A stretch of DNA of 13,086 nucleotides from a virus (Duplodnaviria > Heunggongvirae > Uroviricota > Caudoviricetes): positions 1 through 13,086 of the IMG/VR virus record IMGVR_UViG_2713896897_000017; one strand, written 5' to 3'. Under the pieces are notes generated by a model, which was given only the letters and a program-made list of their open reading frames with translations, searched no databases and had not been told where the DNA came from. Shown piece by piece: positions 1-8,303 of this stretch (its first letter is position 1; the number at the start of each line of letters is the position of its first letter). Position numbers and translations under genes: made by a program.

Positions 1-228
1 CGGCCTGATATTGCTGTACGGTGGGTTATTCCAGATTGCACCGTGGCTTATCCACTCAGAATTGAGCGCGTCGTCGGCCTCTGTTAGCCAGTGAGCACAC
101 AGAGCGTTTTTGTCGCTCGCTGCTGAATCCAGCCAGAATCCAAACTCAATATCCAGTGCATCAAAAAGCCAGAGCGGCGTTTGCCAGCAGTCCTTGTCGT
201 GTGCTGGCGTATTTGATTTGATAGTCAT
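1..228 (-). CDS. Phage N6-adenine DNA methyltransferase (phage Dam family), N-terminal 76 codons only; C-terminus lies beyond the window start
   Basis: Manual reverse-complement translation from ATG at 228: MTIKSNTPAHDKDCWQTPLWLFDALDIEFGFWLDSAASDKNALCAHWLTEADDALNSEWISHGAIWNNPPYSNIRP. Contains the NPPY catalytic motif and the WQTP...LF...EFGF...LD leader typical of phage Dam-type methyltransferases. Its ATG overlaps the ninB stop (ATGA). Open to the window edge. Confidence 0.7.
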   Translation of the reverse strand, partial: MTIKSNTPAHDKDCWQTPLWLFDALDIEFGFWLDSAASDKNALCAHWLTEADDALNSEWISHGAIWNNPPYSNIRP

Positions 229-671
229 GCAGCCTTCCCTTTTCGTTGTGACCATTCATACTCTCGCCGGGAGTCATCACTCCACCGCACGTTGCGCTCT
301 GAGCCGAACCAGAACATGATTTCGATAAGCTCAGTCATGCTGGCCTTTCGCATTTTGCTGGTACGCACACCAAGCATGACAACGCCACCGTCGATACCAG
401 GCGCACTTCTTTGCTCCATTTTTTTGGTCTTAAGCCACAGGGCAGTGAACAGATCTTTCCAGTCTTCCGGCGCAAGTCTCTCTCCATGCCAAAGCACCTG
501 ACGTGATACGTCCTGCAATAACGCCCACATAAGGCGGTTTTGAGGATTACTCCGCTTTGGTTCTTTAATGTGGACTTCGTGAGGTGACTTGTCGTCGATG
601 GGAAGTGAGAGTATTGCGTCCATGGCATTGTTTCTGATTGCTTCGTTGCGAAGCATGTATATTTGCTTCAT
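225..671 (-). CDS. ninB: NinB (Orf-family recombination mediator)
   Basis: 148-aa ORF; recalled similarity to lambda NinB (conserved ...DQNR..W....DVSRQV.WHG... and C-terminal WSD....EW.....AA), in the expected nin-region position downstream of the replication genes. Confidence 0.8.
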   Translation of the reverse strand: MKQIYMLRNEAIRNNAMDAILSLPIDDKSPHEVHIKEPKRSNPQNRLMWALLQDVSRQVLWHGERLAPEDWKDLFTALWLKTKKMEQRSAPGIDGGVVMLGVRTSKMRKASMTELIEIMFWFGSERNVRWSDDSRREYEWSQRKGKAA

Positions 672-693
672 CGTTACCTCGACTTAATTCTGC

Positions 694-1020
694 TCATTGA
701 TACCCTCTCTCACTTAATCGCGCCCACGCTTCGTTAAACTCTTCTCGGGTTGCGCCGGATTTTCTTTCTTCAAACATCAGGCATTCGCTGATGTCTCCCC
801 ATGACTTTGGTCGCTTGTCAGCGAACAGGTCATCCCATTCGAATACCCAGCGGCCTGATTTTCGGTAGTGGTAAATGGTCAGCCATGTTGTGCTGTTCGC
901 CGGATACCCATAGAGAACTTCGACTTTTTGATCACGGTCTTTATGCTTTTTCAGCAGGATAAAGCCAGCAACCAGCGAAGCTCCGGCAAGAATGACGATT
1001 GGTATTTGCCAGTCAGCCAC
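694..1020 (-). CDS. Hypothetical small membrane protein (single N-terminal transmembrane helix) in the ren position
   Basis: 108-aa ORF; N-terminus IPIVILAGASLVAGFILL is a predicted TM helix followed by a KKHKDR positive patch; GGAGAG Shine-Dalgarno just upstream. Sits between the helicase and ninB. Confidence 0.5.
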   Translation of the reverse strand: MADWQIPIVILAGASLVAGFILLKKHKDRDQKVEVLYGYPANSTTWLTIYHYRKSGRWVFEWDDLFADKRPKSWGDISECLMFEERKSGATREEFNEAWARLSERGYQ

Positions 1021-1036
1021 GATTTACTCTCCCCCA

Positions 1037-1067
1037 AATAAAAAGGCCTGCGATTACCAGCAGGCCT
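1037..1067 (-). terminator. Rho-independent terminator (tR2-like) between the helicase gene and the nin-region genes
   Basis: Perfect 8-bp inverted repeat AGGCCTGC (1044-1051) / GCAGGCCT (1060-1067) with an 8-nt loop; on the minus strand the hairpin is followed by TTTTATTT (complement of 1037-1044). Confidence 0.6.
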
Positions 1068-1092
1068 GTTATTAACTCAGTGATGTAGATGG

Positions 1093-2469
1093 TCATACGT
1101 CAGCCCCTTGTGCATATCGTCTGCCACGCGCAGCAGGTGCATTTGATGTTGTGCAAATCTGTCTGGCTTCATCCTGGTCACATGCAACAAAGTGTCCGTT
1201 GCAGAACCGCTGGTAAACCGTACCAAGCGAGCCAAAACGGTTTTTCGTCACGATGATTTCAGCAAATGGCGCGGCGCTACTGTTCTCGTCATATACCGCT
1301 TCCCGATAGAGCATGATGATTGAGTCTGCGTCCTGCTCAATGCTTCCTGAATCACGCAAATCTGCGTTTGTCGGGCGTTTGTTTGGTCGCTTCTCAACAT
1401 CGCGCGAAAGCTGACTCAGGGAGATAACAGGCGTTTTCAGGTCTTTCGCCATCGCCTTAAGGCTTCCTGAGATGTGAGCAATTGCGAGGTCGTTGCGGTC
1501 TGCTTTCGGCTTCTCAATAAGGCCAAGATAATCCGCCATGATGAGTGACAGGTTTGGATTTTCCTGTTTGTGCCGCTCTGCGATTGAGCGAATTTCTTCT
1601 ACCGATAACCGCGAGGCATCGACTACCCATACATCCAAATCTGCAAGCTGACTCATGCCGTTAGCAACACGCGCCCAGCCTTCGTCATCCATCGATGCAG
1701 GATTTCGCAGTACGCTAACCGACATCCTCCCGGCGTTGGCAATACTTCGCTCTGCAATCTGCAATGCGCTCATTTCCATTGAGAAAATCAATACTCCGCG
1801 CCGGACGTCAGAACCAGGAATAACACGACTTGCAACGCCTTCGGCAATCTTCAGCGCCAGTTCGGTTTTTCCCATACCAGGACGAGCGGCGATAATCACC
1901 AAGTCTTCTGCGTTCATCCCTCCGGTGATGGCGTCAAGTTCTTCGATTCCGGTCTTCAGGGTATCTGACTCTTCTCCGTTCCTCAGACGCCTGTCAAGCG
2001 TGTCAGTGTAGTCAGTAATGATTTCCCCTAACCGTACAGGTTTAACCTCGTCACGGGGCTTTCTGATGGCTGAAAGACGCTTTACAAGCTCGTCCATCGC
2101 CTGACTCGATGCGTCGATGGTTCCGCTCTGAATTGGTTCACGCATTTCATCCATGATTTCCAGCACCAGGCGGCGGTGATAGTTATCCGCGACCATTCCG
2201 GCATATCCCTTCAGGTTTGCGGCACTCGGGCAGTTTTTGCTGGTCATCAGGATTGAGGTGAAATGCTCCTCTCCGCACGCCTCGGCAACCATCAGAGCGT
2301 CGATTAGGTTCCTGTTTCTCGCCTGCTTACGGATAACTTCGAAGGCTTTCCGGTAGAGCGGAATTGAAAACGCTTCCGGCTCCAGCGTTGCAAGAACGTC
2401 ACTGGCGGTTGGAGTTAATCCACCAATCAGCAGGCCACCGATAACGCTCGCTTCGATATCCTGTCTCAT
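1093..2469 (-). CDS. Replicative DNA helicase, DnaB family (P22 gene-12-like)
   Basis: 458-aa ORF with Walker [18 protein letters not shown] and overall DnaB-like C-terminal RecA-fold region; start overlaps the stop of the O-like gene (coupled). Confidence 0.85.
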   Translation of the reverse strand: MRQDIEASVIGGLLIGGLTPTASDVLATLEPEAFSIPLYRKAFEVIRKQARNRNLIDALMVAEACGEEHFTSILMTSKNCPSAANLKGYAGMVADNYHRRLVLEIMDEMREPIQSGTIDASSQAMDELVKRLSAIRKPRDEVKPVRLGEIITDYTDTLDRRLRNGEESDTLKTGIEELDAITGGMNAEDLVIIAARPGMGKTELALKIAEGVASRVIPGSDVRRGVLIFSMEMSALQIAERSIANAGRMSVSVLRNPASMDDEGWARVANGMSQLADLDVWVVDASRLSVEEIRSIAERHKQENPNLSLIMADYLGLIEKPKADRNDLAIAHISGSLKAMAKDLKTPVISLSQLSRDVEKRPNKRPTNADLRDSGSIEQDADSIIMLYREAVYDENSSAAPFAEIIVTKNRFGSLGTVYQRFCNGHFVACDQDEARQICTTSNAPAARGRRYAQGADV

Positions 2470-3287
2470 GCAATCCCCCTGTCTGCAAACTTCCCTTCCC
2501 GAACTCCCGTTAACGAGTCTTCTCTCAGCAGGTAATCAAAATCAGCCGTCCAGCCCGTGTCGTTGTCTCCGAAGTAAAACGGCTTGGCCTGATGCACAAA
2601 CGCCCTGACATACGCTCTGAAACCGTCCACGTTTGGCGTTTTCAGTTGCGGGATGATTTTCTTCAGGCGGCGTTTGCGTTTCTCGTTGACCGCAACAGCG
2701 TGTGGCAGTCTGTCACCGACTTCGGTGTTGTAGGCGTTCAGGAAGGATTCGTAGTCGATTCGTTCTGCCTTTCGACGTGCAGGTTTAACCCGCCCATCGC
2801 CTCCCCCATTGGGGGGTAGGGGGGTATTTGTATTTATTGTCTTTTGTATATTGTCTTTTGTGTTTAGCTGACTTGGCTTATACCCATTAGCCGACTCGGC
2901 TAATGTTTTATTAGCTGTTTTAGCTAATGTTAAGCTGTCCTGGCTAATCCACTGCGAAACCACCTTGTTCACTCCGATTTTCACGCCATCAGCAATGAGG
3001 AATTTACGCTCAATAAGCTGGCGCTTGGCTGCGCAAACATGAGTGTGATGAATACCTGTCATGGCTGCTATCTGCGTGTTTGTGAGTCGATCCATCGGCT
3101 TATTGAATCCGTATGTCTTGCGCATGATAGCGAGCATCACCTTCAACTGCCGGACAGTTAAATCAGCCATCAGCAGACTGTCGGTAATCTCGTTAGCAAC
3201 GCGCATGAAACCATCTTCGGTATCTGCCACGCGATGCTCCACGACCTCCAGTTGAGGCCTGTAATCAGCTAACTTAACGACGCCCAT
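2466..3287 (-). CDS. Replication initiator, lambda O-like (P22 gene-18-like)
   Basis: 273-aa ORF; the N-terminal domain aligns by eye with lambda O ([34 protein letters not shown] versus lambda ADLTKRQFKVLLAILRKTYGWNKPMDRITDSQLS); a low-complexity linker ([10 protein letters not shown]) is encoded over the repeat region. Confidence 0.85.
   Translation of the reverse strand: MGVVKLADYRPQLEVVEHRVADTEDGFMRVANEITDSLLMADLTVRQLKVMLAIMRKTYGFNKPMDRLTNTQIAAMTGIHHTHVCAAKRQLIERKFLIADGVKIGVNKVVSQWISQDSLTLAKTANKTLAESANGYKPSQLNTKDNIQKTINTNTPLPPNGGGDGRVKPARRKAERIDYESFLNAYNTEVGDRLPHAVAVNEKRKRRLKKIIPQLKTPNVDGFRAYVRAFVHQAKPFYFGDNDTGWTADFDYLLREDSLTGVREGKFADRGIA
2836..2950. repeat. Candidate replication origin inside the O-like gene: tandem AT-rich direct repeats plus TTAGC/GCTAAT iteron-like repeats
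   Basis: ATTGTCTTTTGT occurs twice (2836-2847 and 2850-2861); TTAGCTG or GCTAAT motifs recur at about 2864, 2887, 2899, 2911, 2921, 2943; preceded by a G tract (2811-2824). In lambda the ori iterons lie inside O. Confidence 0.5.
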
Positions 3288-3435
3288 GTTTCACTCCTGC
3301 TTTGGCTAGTCTGTAAACACCAACAAGGCTCTCTGCGAACGCCTTGTTATTTGCTGCGGCTACCACTAATCCCTCAGGTGAATCAGGGTGTCGAATCTCT
3401 TCTTTTTCCTGGTATTTCTTACGACGTTTTGTCAT
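3274..3435 (-). CDS. Hypothetical 53-aa protein between cII and the O-like gene
   Basis: Manual translation: [58 protein letters not shown] Shine-Dalgarno 6 nt upstream of the ATG; the stop overlaps the first codons of the O-like gene. Below the size cut-off of the supplied ORF track. Confidence 0.4.
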   Translation of the reverse strand: MTKRRKKYQEKEEIRHPDSPEGLVVAAANNKAFAESLVGVYRLAKAGVKHGRR

Positions 3436-3469
3436 AATTACTCCTGTGGATTGATCCAGTCTTTCTACA

Positions 3470-3751
3470 TCAGGCCTCGAAGAATTCGCCGTTCTTCGGG
3501 GCTTTTTCTTTTGTCAGGTAATCGGCAAGCCGCTTAGTCAGTTCAGCCATTTCATCGTCTTCGATTCCGTATTCCAGAACAGCCAGCATCATGCTTACCT
3601 GCGAGAAGAAACCATTCTTCCATCGGCTTACCTGGTATTCCGGAACTCCCATCGCGCGAGCGAATGTCTTCTGCCCCATCAGTGCCAGTTTGTTCAGCAA
3701 GGCTGACTCGATGCGAGCCGCTTTCTTGCTTTTAGTTGCAATAGTACCCAT
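3470..3751 (-). CDS. cII: CII-like transcriptional activator
   Basis: 93-aa ORF; recalled similarity to lambda CII (RIESALLNKLA...SRWK...FSQVSMMLAVLEYGIEDDEMAEL versus lambda RIESALLNKIA...SRWK...PKFSMLLAVLEWGVVDDDMARL); AAGGA RBS. Confidence 0.85.
   Translation of the reverse strand: MGTIATKSKKAARIESALLNKLALMGQKTFARAMGVPEYQVSRWKNGFFSQVSMMLAVLEYGIEDDEMAELTKRLADYLTKEKAPKNGEFFEA
3474..3510 (+). terminator. Rho-independent terminator antisense to the cII 3' end (oop-RNA-like)
   Basis: 11-bp stem GCCTCGAAGAA (3474-3484) / TTCTTCGGGGC (3492-3502) with one G-U pair and a 7-nt loop, followed by TTTTTCTTTTG. The T tract exists only on the plus strand. Same position as the lambda oop terminator. Confidence 0.6.
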
Positions 3752-3758
3752 ACATAAT
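3726..3758 (+). promoter_or_regulatory. PRE-like CII-dependent promoter (TTGC-N6-TTGC plus -10)
   Basis: TTGCTTTTAGTTGC at 3726-3739 is the CII-binding repeat, 13 nt before CATAAT (3753-3758); same architecture as lambda PRE, within the first codons of cII and pointing towards cI. Confidence 0.55.
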
Positions 3759-3828
3759 TTCCTTAATGATTAGATAGAGTTGGCTTCGCAAAGAAACGCA
3801 AAACCATAGAGATTTTTTTTCTGGTAAT

Positions 3829-3860
3829 GCCCTTTTTCAGGGCGGGGATGTATAAGAGCG
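3829..3860 (-). promoter_or_regulatory. nutR (boxA and boxB)
   Basis: The minus strand reads CGCTCTTAT (boxA, complement of 3852-3860) then GCCCTGAAAAAGGGC (boxB, complement of 3829-3843), which I recall as identical to lambda nutR boxB; located between cro and cII. Confidence 0.8.
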
Positions 3861-3868
3861 GGAATGTC

Positions 3869-5221
<1,353 letters not shown>

Positions 5222-5247
5222 TCCTCACCTCGATTTCGATAACCAAA

Positions 5248-5290
5248 AAACAAACTATTTTCCGTTTAAAAACAATGGAGTTTGTTTTTC
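5248..5290 (+). terminator. Weak candidate terminator downstream of the cI operon
   Basis: 9-bp stem AAACAAACT (5248-5256) / AGTTTGTTT (5279-5287) followed by TT; the loop is long (22 nt, AT-rich), so this is weak. Confidence 0.25.
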
Positions 5291-5302
5291 ACGCCCCTTT
5301 TT

Positions 5303-5339
5303 ACAATATTTCTTGTTTACAACATACAATCTTTCTTGT
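5303..5339 (+). promoter_or_regulatory. Left operator region (434-type operators) with PL
   Basis: ACAA-N6-TTGT sites at 5303-5316 (ACAATATTTCTTGT) and 5326-5339 (ACAATCTTTCTTGT), upstream of nutL and N; exact -35/-10 assignment uncertain. Confidence 0.65.
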
Positions 5340-5385
5340 AATTTTAAGCCATCAGCAGGACGCACTAACCACCATTGAAGGTGAG

Positions 5386-5415
5386 GCTCTTAAAAATTTA
5401 GCCCTGAAGAAGGGC
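5386..5415 (+). promoter_or_regulatory. nutL (boxA and boxB)
   Basis: GGCTCTTAA (5386-5394) followed by GCCCTGAAGAAGGGC (5401-5415), recalled as identical to lambda nutL boxB; lies in the N leader. Confidence 0.8.
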
Positions 5416-5525
5416 AGCATTCAAAGCAGAAAGCTTTGAGTAGCGCGAAATGCAGCTGCAAGACAGCAACCGTGGAGATAAGCATCACGGCGCGTTACTC
5501 AAAGCTAACTGACAGGAGAATCCAG

Positions 5526-5852
5526 ATGGATGCACAAACACGCCGCCGCGAACGTCGCGCAGAGAAACAGGCTCAATGGAAAGCAGCAAATCCCCTGTTG
5601 GTTGGGGTAAGCGCAAAGCCAGTTAACCGCCCTATTCTCTCGCTGAATCGCAAACCGAAATCACGAGTAGAAAGCGCACTGAATCCGATAGACCTTACAG
5701 TGCTGGCTGAATACCACGAACAGATTGAAAGCAACCTGCAACGTATTGAGCGCAAGAATCAGCGCACATGGTACAGCAAGCCACGCAGTGAAATGGGTGT
5801 GACTTGTATTGGTCGCCAGAAAATGAAATTAGGCAGCAAACCACTTATTTGA
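5526..5852 (+). CDS. N: Antitermination protein N (lambda type)
   Basis: 108 aa from the internal ATG at 5526 (MDAQTRRRERRAEKQAQWKAANPLLVGVSAKPVNRPILSLNRKPKSRVESALNPIDLTVLAEY...), close to lambda N including the arginine-rich boxB-binding motif; AGGAG RBS. Confidence 0.9.
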   Translation: MDAQTRRRERRAEKQAQWKAANPLLVGVSAKPVNRPILSLNRKPKSRVESALNPIDLTVLAEYHEQIESNLQRIERKNQRTWYSKPRSEMGVTCIGRQKMKLGSKPLI

Positions 5853-5860
5853 GGTGATAT

Positions 5861-5947
5861 ATGGAAGAAGAATTTGAAGAGTTCGAAGAGCATCCGCAGG
5901 ATGTGATGGAACAATACCAGGACTATCCGTATGACTACGACTATTGA
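5861..5947 (+). CDS. Hypothetical 28-aa highly acidic micro-protein
   Basis: Manual translation MEEEFEEFEEHPQDVMEQYQDYPYDYDY; GAGGTG RBS 4 nt upstream; its 3' end overlaps the ral start. Below the ORF-track size cut-off. Confidence 0.3.
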   Translation: MEEEFEEFEEHPQDVMEQYQDYPYDYDY

Positions 5948-6131
5948 TAAGAATCAATGGTGTGGACAATTCAAACGATGCAATGGATGCAAGCTGCAAT
6001 CGGAATGCATGGTTAAGCCTGAAGAAATGTTTCCTGTAATAGAAGATGGGAAAAATGTCGATAAATGGGCAATACGAACTACGGCAATGATTGCCAGAGA
6101 ACTTGACAAACAGAAAAACAAGGCTGCCTGA
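5931..6131 (+). CDS. ral: Ral (restriction alleviation protein)
   Basis: 66-aa ORF MTTTIDKNQWCGQFKRCNGCKLQSECMVKPEEMFPV..., nearly identical to lambda Ral as I recall it. Confidence 0.85.
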   Translation: MTTTIDKNQWCGQFKRCNGCKLQSECMVKPEEMFPVIEDGKNVDKWAIRTTAMIARELDKQKNKAA

Positions 6132-6265
6132 TGGTGGCCTTTATTTTTGGCATAAACAACAGAATAAACACTGCACTGTGTATTCATTCCAACGAGTGAA
6201 TACACGGAGCAATGTCGCTCGTAACTAAACAGGAGCCGACTTGTTCTTATTATTGGAAATCATCT

Positions 6266-6296
6266 TTGCCCTCCAATGTGAGGGCGATTTTTTATC
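6266..6296 (+). terminator. Rho-independent terminator between ral and the next gene
   Basis: Stem TTGCCCTC (6266-6273) / GAGGGCGA (6280-6287, one G-U pair) with loop CAATGT, followed by TTTTTTAT. Confidence 0.6.
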
Positions 6297-6313
6297 TATG
6301 AGGATATGAATAG

Positions 6314-6682
6314 ATGTCAAACATCAAAAAATACATCATTGATTACGACTGGAAAGCATCAATAGAAATTGAAATCGACCATGACGTAATGACAGAGGAA
6401 AAACTTCACCAGATTAATAATTTCTGGTCAGACTCTGAATACCGACTCAATAAACACGGCGCTGTATTAAATGCTGTATTAATCATGCTGGCGCAACATG
6501 CTCTGCTTATAGCAATTTCGAAAGACTTAAATGCATATGGTGTTGTTTGTGAGTTCGACTGGGATGATGGAAATGGTCAGGAAGGATGGCCTCCAATGGA
6601 TGGTAGCGAAGGAATAAGAATTACCGATATTGATACATCAGGAATATTTGATTCAGATGATATGACTATCAAAGCCGCCTGA
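6314..6682 (+). CDS. Hypothetical acidic 122-aa protein
   Basis: ORF with strongly acidic composition (D/E-rich C-terminal third, DWDDGNGQEGWPPMDGSEG...DSDDMTIKAA) and a central hydrophobic stretch AVLNAVLIMLAQHALLIAIS; no family recognised. Confidence 0.5.
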   Translation: MSNIKKYIIDYDWKASIEIEIDHDVMTEEKLHQINNFWSDSEYRLNKHGAVLNAVLIMLAQHALLIAISKDLNAYGVVCEFDWDDGNGQEGWPPMDGSEGIRITDIDTSGIFDSDDMTIKAA

Positions 6683-6757
6683 GCGCGGCTTTACCGCATA
6701 CCAATAATGCTTCACGAGAGGCATTTTCGTTATGAAATCAAATATAAGGAGTTACCC

Positions 6758-6892
6758 ATGATGCACTTTCAGCTCGCGGGTAGCGGCGTCATGTCCGCTT
6801 TCTACCCGCACGAATCTGAATTATCACGCCGAGTTAAACAATTAATCAGAGCAGCAAAGAAACAACTGGAGGCGTTATGCGCAATGAAATAG
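6758..6892 (+). CDS. cIII: CIII-like protein (FtsH inhibitor protecting CII)
   Basis: 44 aa from the ATG at 6758 (MMHFQLAGSGVMSAFYPHESELSRRVKQLIRAAKKQLEALCAMK); resembles the lambda CIII core (AG...ESLLERITRKL); AAGGA RBS 7 nt upstream. Confidence 0.6.
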   Translation: MMHFQLAGSGVMSAFYPHESELSRRVKQLIRAAKKQLEALCAMK

Positions 6893-7029
6893 CCATCAAT
6901 CACCAGATGCTTCGTGCTGCACAGAACAAAGCAGTAATAGCCAGATTTATTGGTGATTCAAAAATGTGGCTTGAAGCAAATAAAACGATGAAATCAGCTA
7001 TCAACCTTCCGTGGTATCGCAGGAAATGA
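6877..7029 (+). CDS. kil: Kil-like small protein
   Basis: Manual translation MRNEIAINHQMLRAAQNKAVIARFIGDSKMWLEANKTMKSAINLPWYRRK (50 aa); the ATG overlaps the end of cIII, as kil does in lambda; the FIGD.KM motif is reminiscent of lambda Kil. Confidence 0.45.
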   Translation: MRNEIAINHQMLRAAQNKAVIARFIGDSKMWLEANKTMKSAINLPWYRRK

Positions 7030-7133
7030 GTTTTACAGATAACTGGTCAGACGAAGAATTTATTCGTCAGATGAACAAAATTCTCAATCAGCACAAAGAA
7101 CAGGAGAAAGATGATGATTCTGACTCTGAATGA
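7026..7133 (+). CDS. Hypothetical 35-aa acidic micro-protein
   Basis: Manual translation MSFTDNWSDEEFIRQMNKILNQHKEQEKDDDSDSE; ATG overlaps the kil stop (ATGA); overlaps the next gene by 23 nt. Confidence 0.3.
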   Translation: MSFTDNWSDEEFIRQMNKILNQHKEQEKDDDSDSE

Positions 7134-7422
7134 TAAGCGTGAAATATCGCAAATAATCGCAAGTTTTACTGATGAAGATTACGAACGAATTAACAGTGAA
7201 GTTGATCGCCTCTGCAAACGTTGCGACCCAATAAGCGAAATGCTTCGCTCATATAAACCAGATGAACACACTAAGGATGCTATCGACTGGCTGGAAGATG
7301 ATGACTGTAACTATCAGGAAAAAGCCGCTGAATGGTTCTGGGATGCAATAACCGAAAGAGTTAAGGCTGAATATGCCTTCGCAATATTCAAACGCAGACA
7401 CATTTTTGGAGAAGCTGCATGA
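7111..7422 (+). CDS. Hypothetical 103-aa protein immediately upstream of recT
   Basis: ORF with AGGAG RBS 4 nt upstream; its stop overlaps the recT start (ATGA); no family recognised, and it is not lambda Gam by recalled sequence. Confidence 0.55.
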   Translation: MMILTLNDKREISQIIASFTDEDYERINSEVDRLCKRCDPISEMLRSYKPDEHTKDAIDWLEDDDCNYQEKAAEWFWDAITERVKAEYAFAIFKRRHIFGEAA

Positions 7423-8201
7423 GCAATATCGTTGAATTCGTTAAACAGCAAGAGCAGTTATTCTGCGGAGCATTGACTGAACAGACGGTGATATGGGCTA
7501 AGGAAAGCCAGTTTGCAATTCAGTATTTCCAGAAAAACGATTACCTGGCTAAAACAGCACTGGCAAATCCAACCAGCGCACAGAACGCCATCATCAATGT
7601 TGCGGCGATCGGCATTACCTTAAACCCGGCTAGCAAACTGGCTTATCTGGTTCCGCGCGACGGCATGGTGTGCCTTGATATCAGTTACATGGGATTACTT
7701 CATCTTGCGCAATCGACAGGCTCAATTAAGTGGGGACAATGCAAACTGGTGTACTCAAACGACACCTATGAATCAAACGGCCTTGATTCAGCACCAACCC
7801 ACAAATACAACGCATTTGGTGAGCGAGGCTCTATTGTTGGTGGTTATTGCACGGTTAAAACAGCAGATGGTGACTACCTCACTGAAGAAATGAGTCTGGC
7901 AGAAATTAAAGCTGTGGAAGCAACGAGCAAGGCAAAGAATGGACCGTGGAAGACATTCTGGGAAGAGATGGCGCGTAAAACCATAGTTAAACGCGCCAGC
8001 AAATACTGGCCTAAAGCCCAGCGACTGGATAATGCCATTCACCTGCTTAACGAAGATGAAGGTATGCATCAGGAACCAGTTATGCCGCACAAATCAGAGG
8101 AAGATATCCGCGAAGATGAACGGAAACGCCAGCAGGAAATATGGATAAAGCACAACTTCTTTGTGATGAAATGGCCTAGGCTGAAACCATGGATGATTTG
8201 A
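7419..8201 (+). CDS. recT: RecT-family single-strand annealing recombinase
   Basis: 260-aa ORF with the conserved RecT/Red-beta C-terminal signature GPWKTFWEEMARKTIVKRASKYWP (compare Rac RecT GPWVTHWEEMAKKTAIRRLFKYLP). Confidence 0.8.
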   Translation: MSNIVEFVKQQEQLFCGALTEQTVIWAKESQFAIQYFQKNDYLAKTALANPTSAQNAIINVAAIGITLNPASKLAYLVPRDGMVCLDISYMGLLHLAQSTGSIKWGQCKLVYSNDTYESNGLDSAPTHKYNAFGERGSIVGGYCTVKTADGDYLTEEMSLAEIKAVEATSKAKNGPWKTFWEEMARKTIVKRASKYWPKAQRLDNAIHLLNEDEGMHQEPVMPHKSEEDIREDERKRQQEIWIKHNFFVMKWPRLKPWMI

Positions 8202-8303
8202 AGCGATATTTTGCAGAAGCATATCGCCTGACATCTGGAATGAAATTGCGGCAGAACGTACAAGCCATTTACATAGAATGCAAAGCGAAACTGGAGGTTG
8301 CCA

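Noticed and set aside
110-628. ORFs 110-319 (+), 292-501 (+) and 335-628 (-) overlapping the methyltransferase fragment and ninB
   Set aside because: Shadow frames of the minus-strand methyltransferase and ninB genes.
1655-2011. 118-aa plus-strand ORF inside the helicase gene
   Set aside because: Antisense shadow ORF within a confidently called DnaB-family gene.
5436-5525. Upstream 30 codons of the 138-aa N ORF
   Set aside because: This stretch is the N leader and follows nutL; the ATG at 5526 with an AGGAG RBS gives the lambda-like N start MDAQTRRRE.
6672-6691. Short hairpin AAGCCGC / GCGGCTT at the end of the 122-aa gene
   Set aside because: No following T tract and a short stem; not convincing as a terminator.
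7026-8201. Lambda-type Red system (exo, bet, gam)
   Set aside because: The recombinase present is RecT-like, not Bet, and the neighbouring small proteins do not match my recollection of lambda Gam or Exo, so these labels were not applied.
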